Source: Spirochaetota bacterium | GTDB taxonomy: Bacteria; Spirochaetota; JAHITG01 | Length of the DNA: 46,626 nucleotides | Assembly (NCBI GenBank): GCA_018817865.1 | Contig: JAHITG010000292.1 | Coordinates: forward strand, 1-46,626 | Direction: 5' to 3' | In this document: piece after piece, positions 17,624-28,700 of the stretch | Layout of the letters: each line of letters starts with the position of its first letter | Position numbering within the stretch: the stretch's first letter is position 1 | Translations under genes and position numbers: made by a program | The notes under the pieces: model-generated | What the model was told of the DNA's origin: nothing | What the model saw: the letters and a program-made list of their open reading frames with translations, nothing else | Databases searched by the model: none

Positions 17624-20236
17624 ATGGGATTTAAAAAGAGAATAATAATTCCTGTTCTGATCATGTTTGTGTTTCTCTTGCCATACCTGACAAAGGGACA
17701 GTCAGGGGATGTAAGCCTTCATATCGATATTATCAGTTATGACGTACAGAATGCGGAGTTTTCTCCCATGAGTAAGCCCGCAGAGCTTTCCTTAAAGAAT
17801 TATTATTTTAGCAGCTTTTCTAATAAAGGGATCTCCTTTATCGATTATTCGAAATGGGGGTATTCCACGAGTACGGCTGAAGAGTCTCTGAACCGGATGA
17901 AGGCTGATTATGTAAATTATGTAGCACTGAATTTTATGGTTTATCAGGATACAGGAACCTCTACTGTCATATACAGGGATGGGACTAAAACACCGGATGA
18001 CCGTGCTTTAACCAATATTATTAATGATATTCATTCAAGGAACATGAAGGTCTTTTTAAAGGTCAATGTGGATGCTCAGAACGGAGATTCACGCACTGCT
18101 TTCAATCCAACATCAAAACCACAATGGTTCTCCAGTTACAAGACGATCATTACCCAGTATGCACGGCTGGCGCAGCAGAATAATGTAGAGATGTTTTCAG
18201 CAGGTGTAGAACTGAAGACATTATCCGGAAGTTCTTATCAGGCAAACTGGAATGATATCATCTCTTCTATTAGAAATATTTATACTTATGGAGATGTTAT
18301 CTATTGCGCAAACTGGAATGAGTATCAAAATGTCAGTTTCTGGGACTCTCTCGATTATATCGGGATCGATGCATATTTTCCTTTGAATGAATTACAGGAT
18401 CCCGCTGTTGCACAGATCAGTAATGGCTGGTATGCTTATAATGGTACCTGGGGGGCTCATAACTGGGTCAATGAGATAGATACCTTCAGGCAGAGTAAGG
18501 TTAAGGATGTACTTTTTACAGAGATCGGCTACAGGAGTGCGGACTATGCAGCCAAAGAGCCGTGGTCGGAGAAGACGGTGATCAACCTCCCTCTTCAGGA
18601 GAGATGCTATTCCGCTGCCATGAAGGTCTGGAAGCCGATCACCTGGTTAAAAGGGCTCTTCTGGTGGGACTGGCCCATTAATGTGCAGTCCGGAGGAGGG
18701 GATAACCATCACTTTGAATATGATACGGTGAACTGGGCATATGATACGTATACTACCGATATGGGCTGTACCAATGTAGAACGCACCACCGAGCGGGCCT
18801 ATCAGGGTTTTGGTTCTTTAAAGATGGATTATCATCTGGTATATGATCATGCAAACTACAGCAAGGGAGATGCCTACTGGGAGATCGGTGATCAGTATCT
18901 GCGGGGAAAAAGATTGAGCGTGTATGTATATTGTCCCGCAGGGTCCATGGGAAGCGCATCCCATTATAACGGATTGACCCTCTTTGCCAAGGATGCGGAC
19001 TGGAATTATTATCAGGGTGCTTGGAATAATATATATATTACCAATCAGTGGTTTAAACTGACCTGGGACCTTCCTGATGAAGCCTGGGCATCGCATGTTC
19101 GTCAGGTAGGATTAAAATTTTCTACGCCCGGGACCGGCTCTGCGCTTGAGAACAATTATGACGGGCCCATCTATATGGATGATTTTATCTGGGAGGATAT
19201 TGTTCCGCCGGGAGATAATTACGGTTTTGAATCCCAGCCCATTGCATGGTATAATGCGGGTAATGCCTGTTCCAGTGTCCAGCAGTCTGCCGCGGTTGCT
19301 TACAGCGGTTCCTATTCTCTGCAGATGAATTATGATCTCAAGTGCAGTGACAATACCGGATTTGCGGAATGGGATATGGGAAGCAGCGGGACCAATCTGT
19401 ACGGTAAAGAAGTTAATATCTGGGTCTATTGTCCAGCCGGGTCCGGCGGAACAGCATCAGCTAAAAACGGAGTAACGATCTATATGAAGGATGCAGGTTT
19501 TAACTGGATCGAGAGTGAATGGAATAATATTTACGGCAGTGAAGATTCCTGGATGAATATCAGATGGACCGTTACATCCAATGTGGCCAGTAATGCCAGG
19601 TATATCGGGATCAAAGTGGGAACTGCCGGAAGCTGTACCAGTTCAAATGAGTATACAGGGCCGATCTATATTGATGATCTGATATGGAGCAATGCTTCAG
19701 CACCTCCTGCAACGCCTGAAGGATATTATGACTGGGAAGACGGGACACTCCAGGGGTGGTATCCGGACAACTATATCAACAACAGGGCGTTTTATGATCC
19801 TCCTGCTCCGATCAATACAAATGAAAGAGCTCAGGCCGGGACGCAGTCCATGAAATGTCACTTCCGGCTGATAAAGAATAATGTCAACTATGACAGCGGG
19901 TACATGTGGGTAGATTGTGCCCGAACCAACCTGACAGGGAAGACCGTCTCTGTTTACATCTGGGCACCGGCTTCTCTGCAGTGGAAGGGCGGGATACAGC
20001 TGGCTTTCAAAGACAATACCTGGACCTACTGCGACACTGACTGGCGGAATATCGCTTCGGTTGGCAGCTGGGTTCGGTACAGTGCTGCTCTGCCGGCTGA
20101 TATCAACTGGAATGACGGGATCGACCTGACCAAGATAGAACATATGGGTATAAAACTTGGCTCCGGCGGCGGCATGAGCTCCGGTCAGGAGATCACAGGA
20201 TATATTTATATTGATGAGTTTGATTGTGACTATTAA
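17624..20236 (+). CDS. Secreted TIM-barrel glycoside-hydrolase-like domain followed by three CBM-like beta-sandwich repeats (870 aa); no T9SS CTD
   Basis: The N-terminal half has VALNFMVYQD, MKVFLKVNVD, WFSSYKTIITQYARLAQQNNVEMFSAGVELKT and LFTEIGYRS, which are clan GH-A-like acid/base and nucleophile contexts. Three ~150-aa repeats follow, each ending in GPIYMDDFIW / GPIYIDDLIW / GYIYIDEFDC. Confidence 0.6.
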   Translation: MGFKKRIIIPVLIMFVFLLPYLTKGQSGDVSLHIDIISYDVQNAEFSPMSKPAELSLKNYYFSSFSNKGISFIDYSKWGYSTSTAEESLNRMKADYVNYVALNFMVYQDTGTSTVIYRDGTKTPDDRALTNIINDIHSRNMKVFLKVNVDAQNGDSRTAFNPTSKPQWFSSYKTIITQYARLAQQNNVEMFSAGVELKTLSGSSYQANWNDIISSIRNIYTYGDVIYCANWNEYQNVSFWDSLDYIGIDAYFPLNELQDPAVAQISNGWYAYNGTWGAHNWVNEIDTFRQSKVKDVLFTEIGYRSADYAAKEPWSEKTVINLPLQERCYSAAMKVWKPITWLKGLFWWDWPINVQSGGGDNHHFEYDTVNWAYDTYTTDMGCTNVERTTERAYQGFGSLKMDYHLVYDHANYSKGDAYWEIGDQYLRGKRLSVYVYCPAGSMGSASHYNGLTLFAKDADWNYYQGAWNNIYITNQWFKLTWDLPDEAWASHVRQVGLKFSTPGTGSALENNYDGPIYMDDFIWEDIVPPGDNYGFESQPIAWYNAGNACSSVQQSAAVAYSGSYSLQMNYDLKCSDNTGFAEWDMGSSGTNLYGKEVNIWVYCPAGSGGTASAKNGVTIYMKDAGFNWIESEWNNIYGSEDSWMNIRWTVTSNVASNARYIGIKVGTAGSCTSSNEYTGPIYIDDLIWSNASAPPATPEGYYDWEDGTLQGWYPDNYINNRAFYDPPAPINTNERAQAGTQSMKCHFRLIKNNVNYDSGYMWVDCARTNLTGKTVSVYIWAPASLQWKGGIQLAFKDNTWTYCDTDWRNIASVGSWVRYSAALPADINWNDGIDLTKIEHMGIKLGSGGGMSSGQEITGYIYIDEFDCDY

Positions 20237-20327
20237 ATTTTTTATTAAACTGCAGTAGCTGTTTCTTCTGTTCGGCTTCATTATTTGTGAAGGTGATTCC
20301 GTAAAGTGCCGAAAAGATTAATGTATC

Positions 20328-21983
20328 ATGAGAAGGATCTTATTCATTATAATAATTATTTTTTTAGCTTCAATTTCTTTATCTGCTGAGCTGTATACGG
20401 TCTGGACACAGCGTATAAATAGTCCGGGGTCCGAAGATGACAGCGGATACGGGATCGATGTGGATGATCTCGGTAATGCGTATGTGACCGGAAGAAAGCA
20501 TAACGGGCTGAATTTTGATTATTTTACGATAAAATATGACCCGGATGGAAATACGGTCTGGTCACAGGTTTATGATAACGGCCAGAGAGATGATGGCTAT
20601 TATGCCCGGATACGGTCATCCTATCTTTATATTACAGGGGCAAGTGATAATGGCGCTGATTTTGATTTTTGTACTGTGGTATATGACCTGAACGGGAACA
20701 GCACATTTACACAGAGGTTTAACAGTGGCGCGGCTGATTTCGGCCATGCTGTAACAGCGGATGATTCCGGTGCTATTTATGTAGCCGGTCCGAGTAATAA
20801 CTGGAACTATTTTTTAATTAAATATAACAGTGATGGAAGTACGAACTGGACCCGGTCCGGACCTGCAGGAAGGCCGTTCGGAATTGTATATGATAATACC
20901 GGATATGTATATGTGACAGGGTTCAGGGACGTCGGCCCTAATGTGGATTATTACACTGTGAAATACAGTACCAATGGAACAACAATATGGACACAGCAGT
21001 ATGACAGCCAGGCCGCTACTGATGATGCAGCGCATGATATTGTACTGGACAGCATTGGAAATGTTTATATAACAGGGTATAAGCTGAACAGTGATTTTTA
21101 TACTATAAAACTTGACTCTCTCGGGAATACGGTCTGGACTCAGGGATTTGACGGGGGAGGGATCGATTACGGCAGAGGCATTGATATCGGTCCGTTAGGA
21201 TATGTTTATGTCGGGGGATTCAAGCACAATGGTCTTAATTATGATTATTTTATTATAAAATATGATCAGAATGGCAATACGATCTGGACTCAAGGATATA
21301 ACGGCGGGAGTGATGACAGGATTGAAAGAATTGCGGTGGATAATAAAGGATTTGTTTATGCTACAGGATATAAAGATAATGGCGCGGATGATGATTTTTT
21401 TACTATTAAATATCTTCAGCCTCCTTATCCCACAGTACCCTCTTCTCTTTCTGCCTCTTTCATCTCGAAAAATGCTGCAACGATCAGCTGGCAGGATATG
21501 ACGATCAATGAAGAAGGATTCAAGATATACAGAAGCAGTGACAATCTTATCTTTAACCTGATAGGAACAGTTACAGCAGGCAGTACTTCTTTTCCTGATA
21601 ATACATTGGAAGAGGGATCATACTGGTACAGGATTGGAGCAACCAACAGGGCCGGCGAGATTACATCAATAACTTATAAATATACAGCCGGAGAGGCCTT
21701 TATCTCCACCACTCGTACAGGTGTTTATCCCAATTATTTTCAGATCGGACATGACCATGAAATAAAGATAGTCATAGCTGAGGCAGGATATGCCCGGATC
21801 AGGATATACAATATTGCAGATTCTCTTGTTAAGGATTATCCGGAACAATATTATCAGGCGGGAGCATATTCAGTATGGGATGGAAAAGGAGGAGTCGGAC
21901 AGGCTCTGGGCGCAGGTCTCTATTTTGTCGTGATAAAAGGGGAAAATGTAAATACCATATGTAAAGTGATCCTGAAAAGGTAG
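20328..21983 (+). CDS. SBBP-type beta-propeller repeat protein + FN3-like domain + T9SS-type CTD
   Basis: It has repeats such as DYFTIKYDPDGNTVWSQVYD, DYYTVKYSTNGTTIWTQQYD and DYFIIKYDQNGNTIWTQGYN. The FN3-like segment is ATISWQDMTINEEGFKIYRS. The CTD reads ARIRIYNIADSLVKDY...GAGLYFVVIKGENVNTICKVILKR. Confidence 0.8.
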   Translation: MRRILFIIIIIFLASISLSAELYTVWTQRINSPGSEDDSGYGIDVDDLGNAYVTGRKHNGLNFDYFTIKYDPDGNTVWSQVYDNGQRDDGYYARIRSSYLYITGASDNGADFDFCTVVYDLNGNSTFTQRFNSGAADFGHAVTADDSGAIYVAGPSNNWNYFLIKYNSDGSTNWTRSGPAGRPFGIVYDNTGYVYVTGFRDVGPNVDYYTVKYSTNGTTIWTQQYDSQAATDDAAHDIVLDSIGNVYITGYKLNSDFYTIKLDSLGNTVWTQGFDGGGIDYGRGIDIGPLGYVYVGGFKHNGLNYDYFIIKYDQNGNTIWTQGYNGGSDDRIERIAVDNKGFVYATGYKDNGADDDFFTIKYLQPPYPTVPSSLSASFISKNAATISWQDMTINEEGFKIYRSSDNLIFNLIGTVTAGSTSFPDNTLEEGSYWYRIGATNRAGEITSITYKYTAGEAFISTTRTGVYPNYFQIGHDHEIKIVIAEAGYARIRIYNIADSLVKDYPEQYYQAGAYSVWDGKGGVGQALGAGLYFVVIKGENVNTICKVILKR

Positions 21984-22089
21984 AATAATAAAAAAAAAGA
22001 GAAAGAAAAGTTGAAATATAATAATTTTGAGGTATATTATATATTAGAAAAAGATCAAATGACCTGATTTTTTAAACCGGGGGTGACAA

Positions 22090-22569
22090 ATGAAAGTTTT
22101 AAAAGGCATACTTTTGTGTCTGATCTTCCTTTTAACAGAGTTAACTATTACGGCTGTATATGCCAAGAAGGTAGCCGTACTTCAGTACTATAAGGGAGAT
22201 GTATTGATCGAGCGCCATGTTATGAAGGGGAAATGGATGAAACCGAGGCTGAATGTAAAACTGGATGATAAGGACCAGATAAAGCTGGTTAAAGGTGGAA
22301 TAGCGAAACTCAAATTCATAGACGGGTCCATTGTAGAAATTAAAGAGAGTAAAATCTATCAAGTCGGTGATGTTAAAAATCTGGCAACGAGTAAGCGGAC
22401 CAAAGGAAAATCCGTCCTTTCAAAATTGAAATCACTGAAGAGTAAGCTTGGAAAAGGCGGAGGAGCAGACAAAGGAGGCCCGACAGCTGTTGCCGGTGTC
22501 CGCGGTGCTGATGTCTCTGAGAAATCCAAATCACCGGTTAAACCTTCTGAATTAGTCTGGGAAGAGTGA
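22090..22569 (+). CDS. Small secreted FecR-domain-like protein
   Basis: It has a signal peptide. KGDVLIERHV...LVKGGIAKLKFIDGSIVEIKESKIYQVG and TAVAGVRGADV resemble FecR-type beta-sandwich proteins. The assignment is weak. Confidence 0.4.
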   Translation: MKVLKGILLCLIFLLTELTITAVYAKKVAVLQYYKGDVLIERHVMKGKWMKPRLNVKLDDKDQIKLVKGGIAKLKFIDGSIVEIKESKIYQVGDVKNLATSKRTKGKSVLSKLKSLKSKLGKGGGADKGGPTAVAGVRGADVSEKSKSPVKPSELVWEE

Positions 22570-22783
22570 TAGGGAGAGGCCCGCACTTTATTCGTACTTG
22601 CATTTTATATTAGACAGTATTGTATTCTTATAGTTCAATTTAAATTATTTAATATTTATATTGCTTGTTTATGATAAAAAAAAGCCATATATCTTCAAAA
22701 TATTTTATTAAATATTCTATCCGCTTTTTACGGCGATCATTTTTCCCATATTTTATTTTTAATTCAATTGTGTGAGGTCTATC

Positions 22784-25700
22784 ATGAAAAAGCTATTATT
22801 GATAATATTGATTTTATCTTTTCCGGTCGCAGATGCAAGTTCCGCAATTATCTATTCCAATAATTTTGAATCGGATGACGGGGGCCTGATACAGATCGAT
22901 TGTATCAATTACAGCTGGGAGTGGGGGATCCCCAAATATGTTGGTCCTTCCAATGTTCCTTCGGGACAGCGATGCTGGGGAACCATAATTGAAGGGAATT
23001 ACGGCAGTTCCACAACGAACAGGGAGTACCTGGTTCTGACTAATGTTGATCTGACTTCGGTCTCCTATGCAGGGCTGGAATTCTGGCATTACTATAAATT
23101 TGATGATATGATGACCGATGATGCGGGCCGGGTGGAAGTATCGACCAATAGCGGTACCACCTGGTCTAATCTGGGGGATTATCCCTACGAGTACTCTCAA
23201 AGTTGGGTCATGGCTTTTAATGGTCCCGGTTATGCGCGTAATGAGGGGACGAATTGGCAGCAGGCTGCATTTGACCTGACCTCGTATGCCGGACAGAATA
23301 TCTGGATTCGATTCCGTTTCGAATCTGATTCATGGAATAATAACCATCCCGGATGGTATATAGATGATCTTGTGATCAAAGATATTCCCGTACCGATCGC
23401 CGGTACAGGGACCTCATCCAACATGCCTGTCAGTGTCTATAATAACAGCAGTAACGCCATTACATTTTATTATAAAGCGGAAAAAGGTATCTATAGCGGA
23501 AAAGTTTCCCTCGAGATCCCGGCAGGCTGGTCTGCTCCTCAGGACAGTAATGGTGCTTTAGAGGGGTATGTTCAGATCCAGTCCGGAACCGGTTCACCTG
23601 TTATTGCGCTAGACCCTGATATTGTTTTACGAACTATCACGGTCCAGATAACGAACATGAAACCTGGAGATGACCTGCGGATCATTTACGGGGCAGGAGC
23701 TGTGGGAGCCGTGGCTCCGTCTTCATACGGGACCTATAGTTTTACCATGCAATCCGGTAATATACTGGAAGGCATGGTGGACCTTGATGAATCACCCTGG
23801 GTCGCTGTTCAGCCTTTGATCGTACCGCCTTATTTCGAAAATTTTGAATCCGGTGTTGGCGGGCTTTATGCCACGGGTGAGAAGGCTCAGTGGGAGTATG
23901 GTACTCCATCCGGTGTTGGCCCTTCATCAGCACACAGCGGCAGTTCCTGCTGGGCCACTAAAATCTCAAGCTATTATGATATTAATTTCTGGAATCCGGA
24001 AAACCTGTATCTGCCACCCATTGACCTGACAGGGATCACCACCAATGTCTATATCAGTTTTTGGCACTGGTTTGAATTCTATTATGACAGGAACATGGGG
24101 CATGATGGATCTGCTATCTTTGCATCCACAAATGGCGGTACGAATTACTTTATCCTGGAAGCTCATTTAGGTACCAGGTATAATGATACATCCGATATGA
24201 TGCCACCATTCGGAATGGGAGGGACCTCACCTTATTGCTGGTCTTTAAAGAATTCCGGTTGGGAGCAGGTCTATGTGGATTTGACATCATTTACTAATAA
24301 GGTGGTTAATCTCTATTTTGCCTTTAAAGCAGGAAATTGGCAGTTCCCCAATTTTGCCGGTTATTATCTGGATGATATTGAAGTGATCGCCTCTACTCCA
24401 CCCGTTGCAGGATCAGGCCAGGGTTCTATCCAGCCTGCTGCGACTTATATCTCCTCAACTAATTATTATAAATTGAAATATACATCCGATACAGTGATCT
24501 ATAATGGAACTGTAACCGTTGATATTCCGGGCGGATGGACACCTCCACAGATGGCAATTCCGGCCAATCCTGGATATGTGTATATTGTTTCGACCAATTC
24601 TGCTGTAAAAATCAATAAGATCCCGGGAGTTGGGGGGAATACTATAACAATAAATATTACCAATATGCCGGCAGGAATGGATTTTGATATATGCTACAGC
24701 AATGCAGTGGCTCAAAACACCACGGGTCCGGCGCAATTCATTACACGATCAATGAGGCAGGGTGAAGTATTGACGCCAATAAATAAAACTCCTGAGGTCA
24801 GGGTCATGAACTTAATTTCATCTTTCCCCTGGTTCAGGGATTTTGAAGGTAATGACGGCAATCTCTCTACAGTAGGGAATCTCACTCCTTTCTGGGAGTG
24901 GGGTGTGCCCGGAGTCGGCCCAACAGGAGCTTATTCCGGATCAAGGTGCTGGGGAACCCTGCTTAATAGTACTCTCGATCCTGATTATCAGAATTACAGC
25001 CTGTATACCCCATTCTTCAATTTCAGTAATATTACAAATGCCATCATTGATTTTCAGTATTTTGCTGATCTTCAGGGATCCGGTTCTTTTGGTGCCCATT
25101 TTATGATCTCTACTAATAAGGGACAGACCTTTGAAGTCTTTGGTAAATATCCGACTGACTATGATGAGCAGTGGTTTTATTCTCCACCCCCCTATACTAA
25201 AAGTTATCCCGGGTGGGCTGATTCCACAACAGCATGGGAGCAGAAGATAATAGATCTTTCTTCCTTGTCCGGGAAGATCTTGCAGATGAGATTCAGGTTT
25301 GTAAATAGAGGGTGGGAACCGAACCATGCGGGATTTTATATTGATGATCTGTATGTAAAGAGAGATCGGCCGCCTATTGCCGGATCAGGAACAGCAACGG
25401 TTAATCCCAGTGTAACAGCTCCCAGTACCTCTGCTGATTATGCCTTTTTATATTTATCTGAAAAGAATTTTTATGATGGAAGTGTGACCTTTGAAATACC
25501 AAATAACTGGACAGCTCCTCAGAAGATATTTCCGGCTAATCCGGGATATATTAAGATCATATCCGTCTTATCCAATGCAAAAGTGAATTATGATCTGAAT
25601 ATTATCGGGGCAGGGCCTTGGATCGTAACGGTAACAGTGACCAATATCCCTGCAGAGGGCGGGTTCACTCTGGCCTACAGCAATGCTGTTTCACCGGCGC

Positions 25701-28700
25701 TGATCGGTGAATCAGTCTTTTCAGTACGATCTGCTCTGGATACGGAACCCCTGACAGAGATCAACAGCTCTCCTGTTATTGTTAATCTGAATACGATCTC
25801 GATACCTTTTACTCATACCTTTGACAGTGATAATGGAGGGTGGGTAGAAGCAGGAAGCACGCATGAACTCTGGGATTGGGGTATCCCTTCCTGGGGTCCT
25901 TCCTCGGCCCATTCCGGATCCAGGCTTTGGGGTACTGTACTGGATGATAATGTTAATGTACCGGGAGTATTGGACAAACTGACCTCTCCTATTATTGATC
26001 TGACCTCTGCTACCCAGGCCCATTTTGCCTTTTATCACTGGTATGATATGAGTGATATGGCTATGAGTGATATGGCCGGAAATGTGATGGTCTCTACCAA
26101 TTTTACTGACTTTGCGGTTCTAGGCAGTTATCCCAAGAACTATCCCAATTCCTGGGTCTTCAGCTGGTCCGGCCCGAAGAACGGTCAGGACGGATATTCC
26201 GGCATGGACTGGGAAAATCAGAAGAGATGGGAGAAACGCACTTTTAATTTATTGCCTTATGTAGGGAACAAGATTATTCTACGGTTTGACTTCGGATCAC
26301 GCCCTGCTGCCCCTCAACTGAATTCTCCCGGATGGTATATTGATGACGTCTCCGTACAGCCCACACCGCCTCCGATCGCCGGTACGGGAACAGCTACCAT
26401 TTATCCGGAATCAGCTATTGTGAATACGACCAATAATTATACGATCACCTATACGGCAAAAGAAGATATTTTTATCGGATCGATCGAGATCGACTTCCCG
26501 CACGACTGGTCTTTGATCCAGACCAATAATAGCAGCGGGCGAGGGTATGTATTTTTAGATACATTCAGCACGTTCACTTATAATCTGACTATAGCGAACA
26601 GTAATCGTCTGATCATAAATGTTCAGAACCTTGATTATAATGAGTCCTTCCAGATCAGATATAAAAAGGCAGTTACTCCGGCAGTAGCGGGAACCTATGT
26701 TTTTACCAATAAATCACAGGGATTCAGTGAGCCTATTACACCGATCGATAATTCACCTTCAGTGATCTGCCAGGAGATCCAGACCCTCCCTTATAAGGAG
26801 GAATTTGAATCCGGAAATGGCGGCTATATCTCAGAAGGGAACGATAAGCTGTTCGAATGGGGTACTCCGGCCAATGTAGGTCCGTCAGAGGCTCATTCCG
26901 GTATTAAATGCTGGGGAACAAAGATCAATCAGTTTTATAATGAAGATAACAGTTGGGAATATATGGTATCGCCTCCTTTTGATGTTACGGCTGAAACTCA
27001 GATATACTTCTCGTTTCATCATTATTTTGATTCGGAAGCGGATCCCATGAAAATGTTTCCCTGGGGAAGCGGTGACGGGGTAACTCTTGAGATCGCCAGT
27101 GCTGATACGCTGGCCGGCCTTACCACAGCCTCTTTTGAACAGGTTGGCAGTTATCCTCAGGTGTATAACCAGTACCTGGATAACCGGCAGTTCTGGGGAG
27201 GATTCAGCGGAGGATGGGTACGCCAGGAGATGAACCTTTCGCAGTATGGCGGAAAATATATTAAATTCAGGTTTTATTTCCACAGTGACTGGGACTATGC
27301 CAGCCTGCCGGGGTGGTATGTTGATGATATAAAGATAGATAATGTAACACCAAAGACACCGGATGTTCCTTTTGAAGATTCCGGTACTCACATCGGGCGG
27401 AATAATTCGTATGGAGTATCCTTTCTTGATTTTGATAATGACGGCGATTTTGATCTTATTGAGAACAACTACAAGCAGACCTATAATATCATATGGCGCA
27501 ATAACGGCAGCGGTTCTTTGTCAGAGTACAAGAGTATCGGTAAGAACAGCACCCGTGTAATACGATTTGCCGATTTTAATAATGACGGATTTTATGATGC
27601 TTTTGCCGGGAACTGCAAAGGGGAAATAGGAGAGTTGTCGGAACAGCCGAATGAGATCTTTATGAATGCCGGCGGGAAAGAGTTTGTTCTTAAACAATCT
27701 ATTGGAAATGATATAACCCGGGATGTGGCCTTATGTGATGTTGATAATGACGGTGATGTGGATATCTTTGTAGCCAACATAGGAGCAAATTCCCTTTATC
27801 TGAATGACGGGACCGGGAATTTTCAGGAGAGTGAAAATATCCTGACCGGAGGGAATACAACCGCTGCTTTATTTGCCGATTTTAATAATGATGCCTACAT
27901 GGACCTGGTCATCGGGAACAATGGAGGAGAAGCGAACCGGTTACTGATGAATAACGGGAGCGGCGGGTTTTCCGATTCCGGCCAGTCCATGGGCAAGTAT
28001 GAAACGACTTCCCTTGATGTCGGGGATATTGACCTGGATGGAGATCTGGATATCGTCTTCGGTACCAGGACCCTTATAAAGATATGGACGAATAATGGAT
28101 CTGCAGGTTTCGGATCTGCCGGAAGTTCACGGTTCCAGGCACGGAGTATAGATTTTGTTACTAATGACACAAAAGATATGAAGCTTGCTGATGTAGATAA
28201 TGACGGTGACCTTGATATCCTTTGTGCTAATGAATATGATACGGATATGGTCTGGCTTAATAACGGGTTCGGGACATTCAAGGACAGCGGGAATTATCTC
28301 GGGAGTTATGCATCCAAACGAATGTCTGTAGCAGATTTTAACAGGGACGGCCTTCTGGATTTTGCCGTTGGAAACAGCTTTGACCAGCCGGATATCATAT
28401 GGTTGAATAAGATGACCAACAACAACATCAACCGGGCGCCCTCACCGCCAAAAGTCCTTGAAGTGGAATTCAGCGGTAATGAGGCTATCATTACCTGGAG
28501 TTCGGGAACGGATTCCGAGACTCCTATCAGTCATCTGACCTATAACCTGAATATCGGTACCAGTCCTAATGGTAATGATATCCTCTCTGTTCCGGTGAAA
28601 AAGGACAGCTATTATTTCAACGGACCGGGGAATGTCAGAATGGCTAAAGTCTCGGGGGGAAACCGCATCTGGAGGATCAAGAACCTGACCAAGATCTCTT

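Noticed and set aside
19697-20281. 194-aa minus-strand ORF, plus similar antisense ORFs (22814-23200, 24941-25327, 26885-27391, 27895-28281, 10605-10982, 40824-41189, 45011-45364 and others)
   Set aside because: All are embedded antisense in longer ORFs that carry recognisable domains. They are Arg/Pro/Ser-rich shadow frames with no ribosome-binding sites.
22772-22783. Upstream alternative starts used by the track (2651, 4028, 5275, 9850, 10507, 14188, 15003, 22772, 32702, 44445, 46025)
   Set aside because: In each case an internal ATG has a correctly spaced AAGGAG-type site and/or begins the signal peptide or conserved family N-terminus. The longer extensions are GTG/TTG or lack an RBS.
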